A DNA stretch of 64,000 nucleotides. Origin: Candidatus Aminicenantes bacterium (lineage in GTDB: Bacteria > Acidobacteriota > Aminicenantia > Aminicenantales > CALLJL01). The position numbers were made by a program, and so were the translations under genes. The DNA is taken from contig JBBIRF010000006.1 of assembly GCA_037441905.1 (NCBI GenBank), forward strand, positions 18,675 to 82,674, written 5' to 3'. Under the pieces are notes generated by a model. It was not told the DNA's origin. It saw only the letters and a list, made by a program, of their open reading frames with translations, and ran no database searches. Shown piece by piece: positions 10,073-19,369 of the stretch; positions within the stretch are counted from its first letter, which is position 1; each line of letters begins with the position of its first letter.

Positions 10073-11797
10073 TCAGCCGCCATCCTTTTGCTCCGCGAGA
10101 AACTGAAGAATTTCTAACTCATCAGCCGGAAACCAGACCAGGGAACAGTGATAACATTTATAAACGGGAAGAAGCAGCTGATAGTTAAACGGCTTAACCA
10201 TCATCTGCAACCCGCACTGCGGGCAGGAGCTAACGGGCTTGGCCAAAGCCTGCTTTTTTGCCAGGGAAAGCGATGCCATATTTTCCTTAATTTTCTTCGC
10301 TTTGGCCTGAAGCAGGAAAGAAAACCCGACTTCCCTCCTGGCCAAAATCTTATCCATTGCCTCGAGCGCCACCAATTTTCCCCGGCAGTAAGGGCAAACC
10401 TTGATTTTAACTCCCTCATAAAAGGTTTCGGTCAACTCCCGGCCACATTGAGGGCACTTGTCGACTCGCTGGGGGTCGATGGCTTGATGACGGAAAAGTC
10501 GGTTCAGAGCTGACCTGATGCTGGCGAACTCCCCAGCTCTTCCCTCCCGATTGTCCTTAATATTTTTTACCCTTGTCCCGGGCGAAAAACCAGGCTGGGC
10601 GAGGAGGGAAGATAAAGAATAAGGCCCACCCCACCCCCGGCCGCTTTTTACCAGCCAGATTTTCTCCTCCTGGCTGTCAACACCAGGCTGAAACCACCCC
10701 GCCTCCGTCGACCACTGAGGCTCCGGCGCGCCTATTTCTTCGCTCGCTCTGGCTTGCAGGCGGGCTTTTTCTCTCAGGGCCTCTCTTTCTCTAACTTCGG
10801 CTATCAATTCACCCACTGACTTTTGGGCCATCGCTGCCAGGATTCTCAACCTCGTGAGGACAGGAGGGTGAGTGTTAAATAACTTGCTCGGCAGGCTGTC
10901 GGTAATTTCCCGGGAATCCGGCGGAACTAAGAAAAGAGGGGTGTAAAGGCTAAAATCCCCAAGAAAAGAATTGGCGACATGAGCTTTGTAAATTATCCGG
11001 CCAAGGGCTAACGGGTCGCGACTGAATTCAACCGCCGTGGCGTCAGCCAGCAGTTCTCTCTGCCTGGTTACGAGCAGGCTCAGGAAACTCATCAAGCTCA
11101 AGCTCAGCCAACCGGCCAGAGACAACAGAGGATGAATCGTTCCTCTTTTTGACCGCGACCAGAGCACATCATCCGAGCCTTCTTCTGTTTCTCGCTCCAG
11201 GGAGCTCACCAGCCGTTCATAAAAACTCACCAGGCTACAAACCAGCGTCAGAAGGTGGGTATCGCCCCTGAGAATATGACTCATTTCGTGAGCTACCGCG
11301 GCTTGCAATTCATCCCGGCTGGCTTCAGCCAGCAGCCCTTCGGTTACGCTGATTATCGGCTGGTTACCAGGACCATTCAGAGAGAAAGAATTAATGTTCC
11401 GCGAGGGAACAATATAACCTTTAACTGCAGGCACCCCTGCGGCCAGCCTCATCTCCTCCAACACGTTCTGAAAAGTAAGATGATACCGGTCCTCAGGGGC
11501 GGGCGGATACGCCTTGAGCCGCTGCAGAATAAAATTGACTCCAGCTTTCTTTGCCTGCCTGAAATTAATAAAAGTGAGCAGGCCTGTTAAAACAAGCAGA
11601 AAAGTCAGATAAGGGAGAAAAACCGCGTTTTCCCAAAAATTGAACCCCGGGGAAAAAAGCCCGACCCCGAAGAGGACTGCCGCGGAAATTAAACCTGACG
11701 TGAGGAAATAGAAGAGGAAAACGAAGAAAAATAGCCCACCAGAAATTCTTTTTTGCCGTTCTTGCCACTCCCAAAAATCAGGTTGCCTGCACTTCAA
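10073..11797 (-). CDS. M48/HtpX-like zinc metalloprotease with two C-terminal zinc ribbons
   Basis: TM helices, NSFS, VTEGLL, HEMSH, RQRELLAD, THPP; then CPQC..CPYC and CPQC..CYHC; TTG start. Confidence 0.88.
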   Translation of the reverse strand: MKCRQPDFWEWQERQKRISGGLFFFVFLFYFLTSGLISAAVLFGVGLFSPGFNFWENAVFLPYLTFLLVLTGLLTFINFRQAKKAGVNFILQRLKAYPPAPEDRYHLTFQNVLEEMRLAAGVPAVKGYIVPSRNINSFSLNGPGNQPIISVTEGLLAEASRDELQAAVAHEMSHILRGDTHLLTLVCSLVSFYERLVSSLERETEEGSDDVLWSRSKRGTIHPLLSLAGWLSLSLMSFLSLLVTRQRELLADATAVEFSRDPLALGRIIYKAHVANSFLGDFSLYTPLFLVPPDSREITDSLPSKLFNTHPPVLTRLRILAAMAQKSVGELIAEVREREALREKARLQARASEEIGAPEPQWSTEAGWFQPGVDSQEEKIWLVKSGRGWGGPYSLSSLLAQPGFSPGTRVKNIKDNREGRAGEFASIRSALNRLFRHQAIDPQRVDKCPQCGRELTETFYEGVKIKVCPYCRGKLVALEAMDKILARREVGFSFLLQAKAKKIKENMASLSLAKKQALAKPVSSCPQCGLQMMVKPFNYQLLLPVYKCYHCSLVWFPADELEILQFLAEQKDGG

Positions 11798-11861
11798 TTT
11801 TGCGAGCCCAGTCTTTGCTTGAATCGGGTCAACATGCCGGAAATAAAATTAAGGGCATTTT

Positions 11862-12218
11862 CTACTTAACCTCTTTAACCTGGTTATCCGGGGTGAAAAT
11901 GACGATGCGGGGAGAATAGAACTCGACCTCGCCTTCATCCAGAATAGCGTAAGCCACCACAATCAGCTTATCCCCCACTTTCGCCTTGTGGGCGGCGGCA
12001 CCGTAGACGGCGCACACCCTCGAGCCTTTTTCCCCCTTAATCAAGTAAGTAGAAAACCTTTCGCCGGTGGTCACGTTATAAACATGGACTTTTTCGTAGG
12101 GAAGGAGACCAGCAACCTGGAGCCAGGATTCGTCCAGGCAGAGGCTGCCCTCGTAATCTTTCTGGCTTATGGTGACCCTGAGTCCGTGGAGCTTAGCTTT
12201 TAAGAAAATTCGTCTCAT
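11862..12218 (-). CDS. panD: Aspartate 1-decarboxylase
   Basis: KLH, YEG/S self-cleavage site, GERFSTY, GAAAH; in the pan cluster. Confidence 0.93.
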   Translation of the reverse strand: MRRIFLKAKLHGLRVTISQKDYEGSLCLDESWLQVAGLLPYEKVHVYNVTTGERFSTYLIKGEKGSRVCAVYGAAAHKAKVGDKLIVVAYAILDEGEVEFYSPRIVIFTPDNQVKEVK

Positions 12219-13074
12219 CTGATGCTCCTTTGGGGAGGATTTTCACGTTATCGATAAGCCTCGTCTGGCCGCAGTAGACGGCCACGGCGATTAAACAACC
12301 TTCGTCAACCACTTCCACCGGCGTGAGGTTTTCCGGGTGAACGATTTCGACATAATCAATCTTCAATTTCGGTTCGGCCTTGATTACCTTCTCTATTTGT
12401 GTCTTGATGGCCTCAGCCTTGTTTTCGCCCGAGGCGACCAGCCTGGCAGCCTGCTCTAAGCTCCGCGGAATGGCCAGGGCTGCCTGCCTTTCTTCCGGGC
12501 TGAGATAGGCGTTACGAGAACTCAAAGCCAGGCCGTCCTCATCCCGAACGACCGGCAGGACCTTGATTTTAACGTCCAGGTTAAGGTCTTTCACCATTTG
12601 CTGGATGATGACAGCTTGCTGGGCGTCTTTCTGGCCGAAATAAGCCAGGTCAGGCGAAACGATGTTGAACAATTTCAGGACGACCGTGGCTACCCCCCTG
12701 AAGTGACCGGGACGGCTCCGGCCGCAAAGGACATCCTGAAGCTCGGTCACCTCCACATAGGTCTTAAAACCGGGAGGATACATCTCCTCAGCCGAGGGAT
12801 AAAACAAGTAATCCACCCCTTCCGCCTCAAGCAAGGCTCGGTCTCGGCCTAAGTCTCGTGGATAGCGGTTGAAATCTTCCTTGGGGCCAAATTGAATAGG
12901 GTTGACAAAAATGCTAACTACAGTTACCGCGGCTTCGCCTTTAGCGGCCCGGACGAGACTGAGATGCCCGGCATGAAGGTAACCCATGGTGGGAACAAAC
13001 CCTATTGTCTTGCCCTGGCGCCGCCACCACCGCGCCGCTTCTTTCATGGCTTCAATTTTTTCCACTACCTGCAT
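12193..13074 (-). CDS. panC: Pantoate-beta-alanine ligase
   Basis: [47 protein letters not shown]. Confidence 0.98.
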   Translation of the reverse strand: MQVVEKIEAMKEAARWWRRQGKTIGFVPTMGYLHAGHLSLVRAAKGEAAVTVVSIFVNPIQFGPKEDFNRYPRDLGRDRALLEAEGVDYLFYPSAEEMYPPGFKTYVEVTELQDVLCGRSRPGHFRGVATVVLKLFNIVSPDLAYFGQKDAQQAVIIQQMVKDLNLDVKIKVLPVVRDEDGLALSSRNAYLSPEERQAALAIPRSLEQAARLVASGENKAEAIKTQIEKVIKAEPKLKIDYVEIVHPENLTPVEVVDEGCLIAVAVYCGQTRLIDNVKILPKGASDETNFLKS

Positions 13075-13135
13075 TTTCCCTCTCCCAGGTCAATCTTTCC
13101 TGAGTTCTGGTTTTAATAACCTGTTATTTCTTTTT

Positions 13136-14020
13136 TTAGCGAGGGCGACGACCTTTCTCCCTGGCTAACTCCCGCCGCAACAGCCGTCGCAAACCGGGTT
13201 TAAGATGGTAAGAATGTTCTTCATCGGGATAAAGCCCGGCCTTTACTTCGCGCGCATAGTTCAAGAAAGCTTCTCTGATGAGGGTGCCCAGCTCAGCATA
13301 TTTTTTAACAAACTTGGGCAAAGAGCCATCGGTTAAACCCAGCAGGTCATGAAAAACCAGCACTTGACCGTCGCAGAAACGGCCGGCGCCGATGCCGATC
13401 GTCGGGATGCTAAGTTCTTTCGTGATTACTTCAGCCAACTCCTCAGGGATGCATTCGAGAACCACTGAAAAAGCGCCGGCTCGCTCAAGCGCTTTAGCCT
13501 CTTCGAGAATTCTCCTGGCTTCTTGAATTTCTCCGCCACGCATCCGGTACTGTCCGAAACGATGGATTGACTGCGGGGTTAATCCCACGTGCCCCATCAC
13601 GGGAATTTCCGCCTCCACCAGGGCTTCGACGGTCCGCAGCCGGCGGGAGGAAGCGCCTTCTATTTTTACCGCCTTGGCGCCAGCTTCCTTGACGAAACGG
13701 GAAGCATTTCGAATCGTGTCCTCTTCGGAAAGATGAAAGGAAAAATAGGGCATGTCACCTACGACCAGGGCCCGGCGAACCGCTCTGGCCACAGCCCTGG
13801 TATGGTGCAGCATCTCTTCCATCGTTACGGGTAGAGTTGTTTCATAGCCAAGGACCACCATACCCAGGGAGTCTCCGACGAGGATAATATCCACGCCGGC
13901 CTCCTCGGCCAACCGTGCCCCGGGAAAATCATAGGCGGTAACCGCCACAATCTTTTCGCCCGAGGTTTTCTTAGCCTTTAGCCAGGGGATAGTTACAGGA
14001 GGGTTTGGCTCTTGAGACAT
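13136..14020 (-). CDS. panB: 3-methyl-2-oxobutanoate hydroxymethyltransferase
   Basis: TAYD, ILVGDSLGM, GDMP, VKIEG, MGHVGLTPQS, IGIGAG..CDGQVLV. Confidence 0.98.
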   Translation of the reverse strand: MSQEPNPPVTIPWLKAKKTSGEKIVAVTAYDFPGARLAEEAGVDIILVGDSLGMVVLGYETTLPVTMEEMLHHTRAVARAVRRALVVGDMPYFSFHLSEEDTIRNASRFVKEAGAKAVKIEGASSRRLRTVEALVEAEIPVMGHVGLTPQSIHRFGQYRMRGGEIQEARRILEEAKALERAGAFSVVLECIPEELAEVITKELSIPTIGIGAGRFCDGQVLVFHDLLGLTDGSLPKFVKKYAELGTLIREAFLNYAREVKAGLYPDEEHSYHLKPGLRRLLRRELAREKGRRPR

Positions 14021-14034
14021 TTTTCTTCCTTTCT

Positions 14035-14103
14035 CCCCATCTCGCCTGAAAAATCGAGATTGAGGTAAAGTCTTTTTCTTCCCGGAATTTGTGTCCTCCC
14101 GGG
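14035..14103 (-). ncRNA. Two tandem hairpins upstream of panB (candidate pan-motif-like cis element)
   Basis: Minus strand CCCGGGA/TTCCGGG stem, then CCTC-(A)-ATCTCG/CGAGAT-GGGG stem with a 5' bulged A ending just before the panB SD. Confidence 0.35.
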
Positions 14104-14107
14104 AGGT

Positions 14108-14758
14108 TTATTTCTGGCCGTAACTCGAAGGGACATAATAAAGATGACCCTTTTTCAAGTTTTTAATCTGACGAATAATATCCGCCAATTCAGCCTCGTT
14201 GGTCAAATCGAGGTCGTCAGACTTGATGACGAGAAGAGGTGTCGCCTGGTAATTAAAAAAGAAATAATCGAAAGCTTGCAGCAAGTCGCTTAAATATCTC
14301 TCGGTTATATTTTTTTCAAGCTCGTTCCCCTCCCGGGCAATTCTCTTGAGTAAAGTCGGCAGCGAAATTTGTAAGTAAATTGCCAGGTCTGGCTTGGGAA
14401 TCCTTTCGGCTAAAATGGCAAAGATTTTTTCATAGACCAGGAGCTCGTCGTCAGTCAGGGTTTGATAGGCATAAATTTTGTCTTTTTCAAAAAGATAGTC
14501 GCAGATTATTCTCTCGGCAAAAAGGTCTCTCTGGCCGAGTCTCACCTGCTGATGATACCGATTAACCAGAAAGACCAGCTGCGCCAGGAAAGCTGCTCCT
14601 TCTTTTTCTTCGTAAAAATCCCGCAGATAAGGGTTATCTTTCGGGTCAAGCACCAGCCGACCGTTCAGGAGTCTTGCCATGACCTGGGCGAAGCGAGTTT
14701 TATGACTATGAGGCACGCCTTCGATGGCGATGTGCCGGAAGGGAATCTCTTCTTTCAT
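14108..14758 (-). CDS. Deoxynucleoside-kinase-family protein with degenerate catalytic motifs
   Basis: IAIEG, NPYL..FY, CDYLFEKD, PDLAIYLQ patterns; P-loop reads GVPHSHKT and LID reads RIAREGNELE. Confidence 0.85.
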   Translation of the reverse strand: MKEEIPFRHIAIEGVPHSHKTRFAQVMARLLNGRLVLDPKDNPYLRDFYEEKEGAAFLAQLVFLVNRYHQQVRLGQRDLFAERIICDYLFEKDKIYAYQTLTDDELLVYEKIFAILAERIPKPDLAIYLQISLPTLLKRIAREGNELEKNITERYLSDLLQAFDYFFFNYQATPLLVIKSDDLDLTNEAELADIIRQIKNLKKGHLYYVPSSYGQK

Positions 14759-14794
14759 CGCCTCCTCGACTCGGTGGCTAAGAACTTTGGCGGT

Positions 14795-14992
14795 TTACTC
14801 CGCTTTCTTGGCTGGAATTACAATCCAGGCGATGACGTAAAAAAGCAACATCGGCACCAGGGCGGTAATCAGGGTAATGCCGACAAAAATCAACCTTACC
14901 AACGAGACGTCGATATCAAAATACTCGGCCAGCCCCGCGCAAACACCGCCTATCATCCTGCCTTCCAAAGACCTGGTCAGTTTCTTGGCCAT
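14795..14992 (-). CDS. PspC domain-containing membrane protein
   Basis: [35 protein letters not shown]. Confidence 0.92.
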   Translation of the reverse strand: MAKKLTRSLEGRMIGGVCAGLAEYFDIDVSLVRLIFVGITLITALVPMLLFYVIAWIVIPAKKAE

Positions 14993-15423
14993 TCAATCCC
15001 TCCCGTGAAATTAGCCTTCCGATGAAACGCACCCTCGACCCTTCCCGGGTTTTATTCCGTCCAGCGCTTGCTCGCCCTCCAGCGGCTGATGCCCAAAGCG
15101 GCTTAAAGCCGCGGTCTTTTATTATACACAAAATAACTTTTTTCTCCATTGAAATCACTGGCGAGATTGTGATTATGAGCGGCCAATTTGACTTTTCGCC
15201 GCAGGTTAAATAAAAGAAAAGAGCTTGTTTTTTAACCGGAGGGGCTTTAAGCTTGAGGTTAAAGTGAGGCGAAGAGAAGCCCAGCCCGCTCGGGTCACCC
15301 CCGCCGGTTTGGCGATAAATCGCCCGAAAAACAATTCGTCGACCAAAAATTTTTATTTTCCTTTATGGCACACAAAGATAAATCAGCTCGCGAGACCCAG
15401 CGTGGTTATCACGAGGAGGCAGC

Positions 15424-16890
15424 ATGATTTCCCAGCCAGCAACTCCTGGTCTTGAGGTGGATAAAATTCTCGAAAGGGCGACGCAGGCCGCAGCCGCCTT
15501 CCGCCGGCTTAACCAGGAAGAGACAGATAATATCGTTAAGAGCGTCGCCGCGGCTGCTTTTAACGCCCGGGTCGAGCTCGCCCGGATGGCGGTCGAAGAA
15601 ACAGGCCTGGGAAAATGGGAGGACAAAGTTATCAAGAATGTCCTGGCCAGCAAAGTAGTCTACGAGGATATCAAGGATATTCCGACGGCCGGCGTCGTCG
15701 CCGTCGAAAAGGAAGCGGGTATCATTGAAATAGCTGAACCCGTAGGGCCGATTGTGGCCTTGACGCCAATAACTAACCCCACTTCAACCGTCATCTTTAA
15801 GGTCCTGACCGCCCTTAAAACTCGAAACCCGATTATCATCAGGCCGCACGGCGCTGCCCGACGCTGTTCCTGCGAGGCGGCCAGGATTTGCTACGAAGCC
15901 GCCGTCGCCGCCGGGGCGCCAGAAAACTGTGTCCAGTGGGTCAAGTTCTCGACAAGGGAGGAAGTTACCAATTTGATGGCCCATCCAAAGACAGCCCTGG
16001 TGATGGCTACAGGGTCGGTTGATGTCGTTAGGGGAGCGACGAGCTCGGGAAAACCCGTCATCGGAGTTGGCCCGGGTAATGTTCCGGTGGTAGTTGATTC
16101 AACGGCTGACCTGGAGGCCGCGGCCAAGGCCATCGCAGCTTCAAAAACTTTTGATTACGGGACAGTTTGCGCCAGCGAGCAGGCTGCCGTCGTCCTCGAA
16201 CGCGTCGCCGAGCCGTTCTGTCAGGAGCTAAGGAGCCAGGGGGCTTATTTTCTGTCGAAGGAAGAAATAAGAAGACTCGAACCCGTAGCCTTCAACTCCA
16301 GGGAAGGCTTAATGAGGGTTGAGGTCATCGGGCAGCCGGCCACGAAGATTGCCTCGCTGGCCGGGATTGAGGTGCCGGAAAACACCACGGTTCTGGTTGC
16401 CCCGCTTGATAAAGTCGGGCCGGAAGCGCCGCTTTCTCTCGAAATTCTCGCGCCAATCCTGGCTCTTTTTGTCGCCAAGGATGAAAATCAAGCTTTTGAC
16501 CTGGCCAAAAAAATCCTGCAGCATGGCGGACTTGGCCATACGGCCAGCATCTTTTCCCAGAACCCGGCCCAGATAGCCAGGTTTGCCCGCGAGATGCCGG
16601 TTGGCCGGGTTTTAATCAACACGCCGGCCTCGCTTGGAGCCCTCGGCGGAATCTATAACCTGCTTCGGCCCTCGCTGGTGCTCGCTTGCGGCCAGGCAGC
16701 CGGTAACAGCTTCATGGATAACATTTCGGTTTATCATCTTTTCAACCGCAAAAAGGTGGCTGAGCCGCGGCCGACAGCCTGGATGAAACAAGAATGGCAA
16801 TCTCTCTATCTTGATGAAACCATTTCCTGGGAAAAATTCGCCTCAAAGAGTGAGGGAGCGCTGCCCGGGGAAAAATCCCCGGTTAAATGA
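15424..16890 (+). CDS. Stand-alone CoA-acylating aldehyde dehydrogenase (AdhE N-terminal-like)
   Basis: GKWEDKVIKN, IAEPVG, TNPTST.IFK, SSGKP.IGVGPGN, FDYGTVCASEQ (catalytic Cys), GHT; no alcohol dehydrogenase domain; GAGGAGG SD. Confidence 0.9.
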   Translation: MISQPATPGLEVDKILERATQAAAAFRRLNQEETDNIVKSVAAAAFNARVELARMAVEETGLGKWEDKVIKNVLASKVVYEDIKDIPTAGVVAVEKEAGIIEIAEPVGPIVALTPITNPTSTVIFKVLTALKTRNPIIIRPHGAARRCSCEAARICYEAAVAAGAPENCVQWVKFSTREEVTNLMAHPKTALVMATGSVDVVRGATSSGKPVIGVGPGNVPVVVDSTADLEAAAKAIAASKTFDYGTVCASEQAAVVLERVAEPFCQELRSQGAYFLSKEEIRRLEPVAFNSREGLMRVEVIGQPATKIASLAGIEVPENTTVLVAPLDKVGPEAPLSLEILAPILALFVAKDENQAFDLAKKILQHGGLGHTASIFSQNPAQIARFAREMPVGRVLINTPASLGALGGIYNLLRPSLVLACGQAAGNSFMDNISVYHLFNRKKVAEPRPTAWMKQEWQSLYLDETISWEKFASKSEGALPGEKSPVK

Positions 16891-17259
16891 TTTTTCCCCT
16901 GATTCTCCGGGAGATTGGAGAAGAAAACCGAGGCGATAAGCTGCATGAATTTTCTTCAGGCTGTCCAGGCTTCAATTCATAACTTTAACCTTTTTTCGTT
17001 ATTAAAAATATTCTTGATTAAAATTCTTCTTATCTGTTCGTTAATTATCGCTGTCTTAGAATAGCCTTCTTTGTTTTTGTCGCCTAGTCTCGTTTCGGCT
17101 GGTCTTAAAAACCGCGCTGCTGACTCCCGGGCATACCTTGCCATTAAAGAACGACAAAATGCTAAATGCTAAGATGGCCGGAAGCAAAATTTTTGTTGGG
17201 GGCGACCCCTGCTTATGGTATAAAGGAAGAAATCCGACTTTAGCTTTAAGGAGGCAGGA

Positions 17260-18237
17260 ATGAAGGGATATTTTTCGCCAAATTATCCCCAGGTTTTCCG
17301 GCCGAGTTTTCGGTTAATCCGGAATGTGGTCGTCGCGGCTTTAGCTCTTTTCCTCCTTTTTACCTCAGTTTATCAAATCAGCCCGGAAGAAATTGGGGTT
17401 ATCCTTCGCTTCGGAAAATACGTCCGCTCGACCGAACCGGGCCTTCATTTCAAATTACCGCTTGGCATCGAAAAGCTCATCAGGGTTCCTGTCCAGAGGC
17501 AGCTTAAACTTGAGTTCGGGTTCCGGACGACCAGACCGGGAATCAGGTCAGAATACCGGGTTACGCCAGAAACAGCCAAAGAGTCGCTGATGCTTACGGG
17601 TGATTTGAACGTCGTCGTCGTCGAATGGATCGTTCAGTATAAAATCAAAGACCCTTATAGCTATCTGTTTAAAGTGAGGAACGTGGTGGACACTTTTCGG
17701 TATCTGAACGAGGCGGTTGTTAGACGGTTGGTCGGCGATAGCTCGGTCGACGAGGTGCTAACCATCGGCCGGACGAGGATCGCCAACGAGGCCAAAGAAG
17801 AACTCCAGATGCTCTGCGACCTGTACGAGCTTGGCATCGACGTGAACCAGCTGATTTTCCAGGATGTCAACCCGCCCGACCCGGTCAAACCGTCGTTTAA
17901 CGAAGTTAACGAGGCTCTCCAGGAAAAGGAAAGAAAAATCAACGAAGCCTGGTCTGAGTACAACCAGGAAATTCCGCGAGCCACCGGCGAAGCCGAACAG
18001 ATGATCCGGGCGGCTGAAGGTTATGCCACTGAAAGGGTCAACCGGGCGATGGGAGATGCATCGCTGTTTGCCTCGGTTTACAAAGAATATGCCCGGGCGC
18101 CGGTGGTGACCCGAAAACGGCTTTACCTTGAAACCCTGAACGAAATTCTGCCGAAAATAAAGAAGAAAATCATCGTTGACGAAAAACAACGGACGATTCT
18201 GCCTCTCCTCAACCTCGGCGAGGAGGTGAAGAAATGA
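17260..18237 (+). CDS. hflK: FtsH modulator HflK
   Basis: SPFH domain, GVILRFGKY, MLTGDLNVV, VNPPDPVKPSF; ATGA overlap with hflC. Confidence 0.95.
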   Translation: MKGYFSPNYPQVFRPSFRLIRNVVVAALALFLLFTSVYQISPEEIGVILRFGKYVRSTEPGLHFKLPLGIEKLIRVPVQRQLKLEFGFRTTRPGIRSEYRVTPETAKESLMLTGDLNVVVVEWIVQYKIKDPYSYLFKVRNVVDTFRYLNEAVVRRLVGDSSVDEVLTIGRTRIANEAKEELQMLCDLYELGIDVNQLIFQDVNPPDPVKPSFNEVNEALQEKERKINEAWSEYNQEIPRATGEAEQMIRAAEGYATERVNRAMGDASLFASVYKEYARAPVVTRKRLYLETLNEILPKIKKKIIVDEKQRTILPLLNLGEEVKK

Positions 18238-19181
18238 ACAAGAACTTAACCTGGCTTCTGGTGGCGGTGGGAATTGCTCTCGGGCTCTTTTTACTCATCG
18301 ACGCCGTTTATATCGTCTCGGAAACCAACCAGGTTATTATTACCCAGTTTGGGCAACCCGTCGGCGGGGCGGTCGTTGCCGCCGGCCTCCATGTGAAGGT
18401 TCCGTTTATCCAGAAAGCCCATTATTTTGACAAGCGCTGGTTAGAGTGGGATGGCGACCCAAACCAGATTCCCACCCGGGACAAAAAATACATCTGGGTA
18501 GATACTTATGCTCGCTGGCGGATAGCCGACCCGCTGGTGTTTTTTCAACGGGTGCGGGATGAACGCGGCGCTCAAAGCCGTCTCGACGACATCATCGACG
18601 GCGAAACCAGGAATACCATTGCCAAGTTCGATTTAATCGAAGTCGTTCGTTCCTCCAACCGGGAGTTCGAAACTACGGAAGAGGCTTTGCTGACTGAAAT
18701 TGAAGAAGCCGCCGGCGAGATTCAAGTCGGCCGGAACAAGATTGCTCAGATAATCCTCGAGAGTGCCTCGAAGGTTACTCCCCAGTTCGGGGTAGAGCTC
18801 AAGGATGTGCGGATTAAAAGAATAAATTATGTCGAGGAAGTCCAGCGAAAAGTCTTCGACCGGATGATCGCCGAAAGGAAAAGAATCGCTTCCAAGTACA
18901 GGTCGGAGGGAGACGGCCGGAGCGCGGAAATTCGCGGGGAAAAGGAAAAAGAGTTGAGACGAATCCAGTCTGAGGCCTACCGTAAAGCTCAGGAAATAAG
19001 AGGTAAAGCTGATGCGGAAGCGACGCGGATTTATGCTCAGGCGTATAACCTCGACCCCGAATTCTACCAGCTGCTGAAAACACTTGACACTTACCGCCAG
19101 AGCTTCGACAGCGAAACCTGGCTCATTCTTTCCCTGGAAAGCGAATTCTTGAAGTTTCTCCGCAGCCCGGAAAGAAAATAG
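18234..19181 (+). CDS. hflC: FtsH modulator HflC
   Basis: IITQFG.P, PFIQK, WRIADP, RMIAERKRIA..YRSEG, DPEFY. Confidence 0.95.
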   Translation: MNKNLTWLLVAVGIALGLFLLIDAVYIVSETNQVIITQFGQPVGGAVVAAGLHVKVPFIQKAHYFDKRWLEWDGDPNQIPTRDKKYIWVDTYARWRIADPLVFFQRVRDERGAQSRLDDIIDGETRNTIAKFDLIEVVRSSNREFETTEEALLTEIEEAAGEIQVGRNKIAQIILESASKVTPQFGVELKDVRIKRINYVEEVQRKVFDRMIAERKRIASKYRSEGDGRSAEIRGEKEKELRRIQSEAYRKAQEIRGKADAEATRIYAQAYNLDPEFYQLLKTLDTYRQSFDSETWLILSLESEFLKFLRSPERK

Positions 19182-19369
19182 AAATAACGGATTATTTTTT
19201 TCCGGAGAAAGAATCTCCGACCCAGGCCGAACGCCAAACAAAATCGTATGATATAATGTTTTTTTACTGGCCAGCTGGCCAAACCAGGTCCGCCCTGGAT
19301 AAAAGCCGGAGAAGAAAGCCGAAAGCCTCCTGGCCAGGAAGACAAAAACTTTACCAACAAGGAAGAAAG

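Noticed and set aside
11862-12218. PanD substitutions (KLHG for KLHR, YGAAA for NGAAA)
   Set aside because: The cleavage site and catalytic RFSTY are intact, and I recall similar variants in other PanDs (unverified), so this is not treated as novel.
13741-13758. AAAATAGGGCATGTC inside panB resembling the dispersed repeat
   Set aside because: It encodes the conserved GDMPYF motif and lacks the 15-bp right box; coincidental.
19277-19310. Leader segment loosely like a c-di-GMP-I riboswitch (GGCCAAACC...AAAAGCC)
   Set aside because: No GNRA loop or GACGC junction; kept only as an unnamed structured leader.
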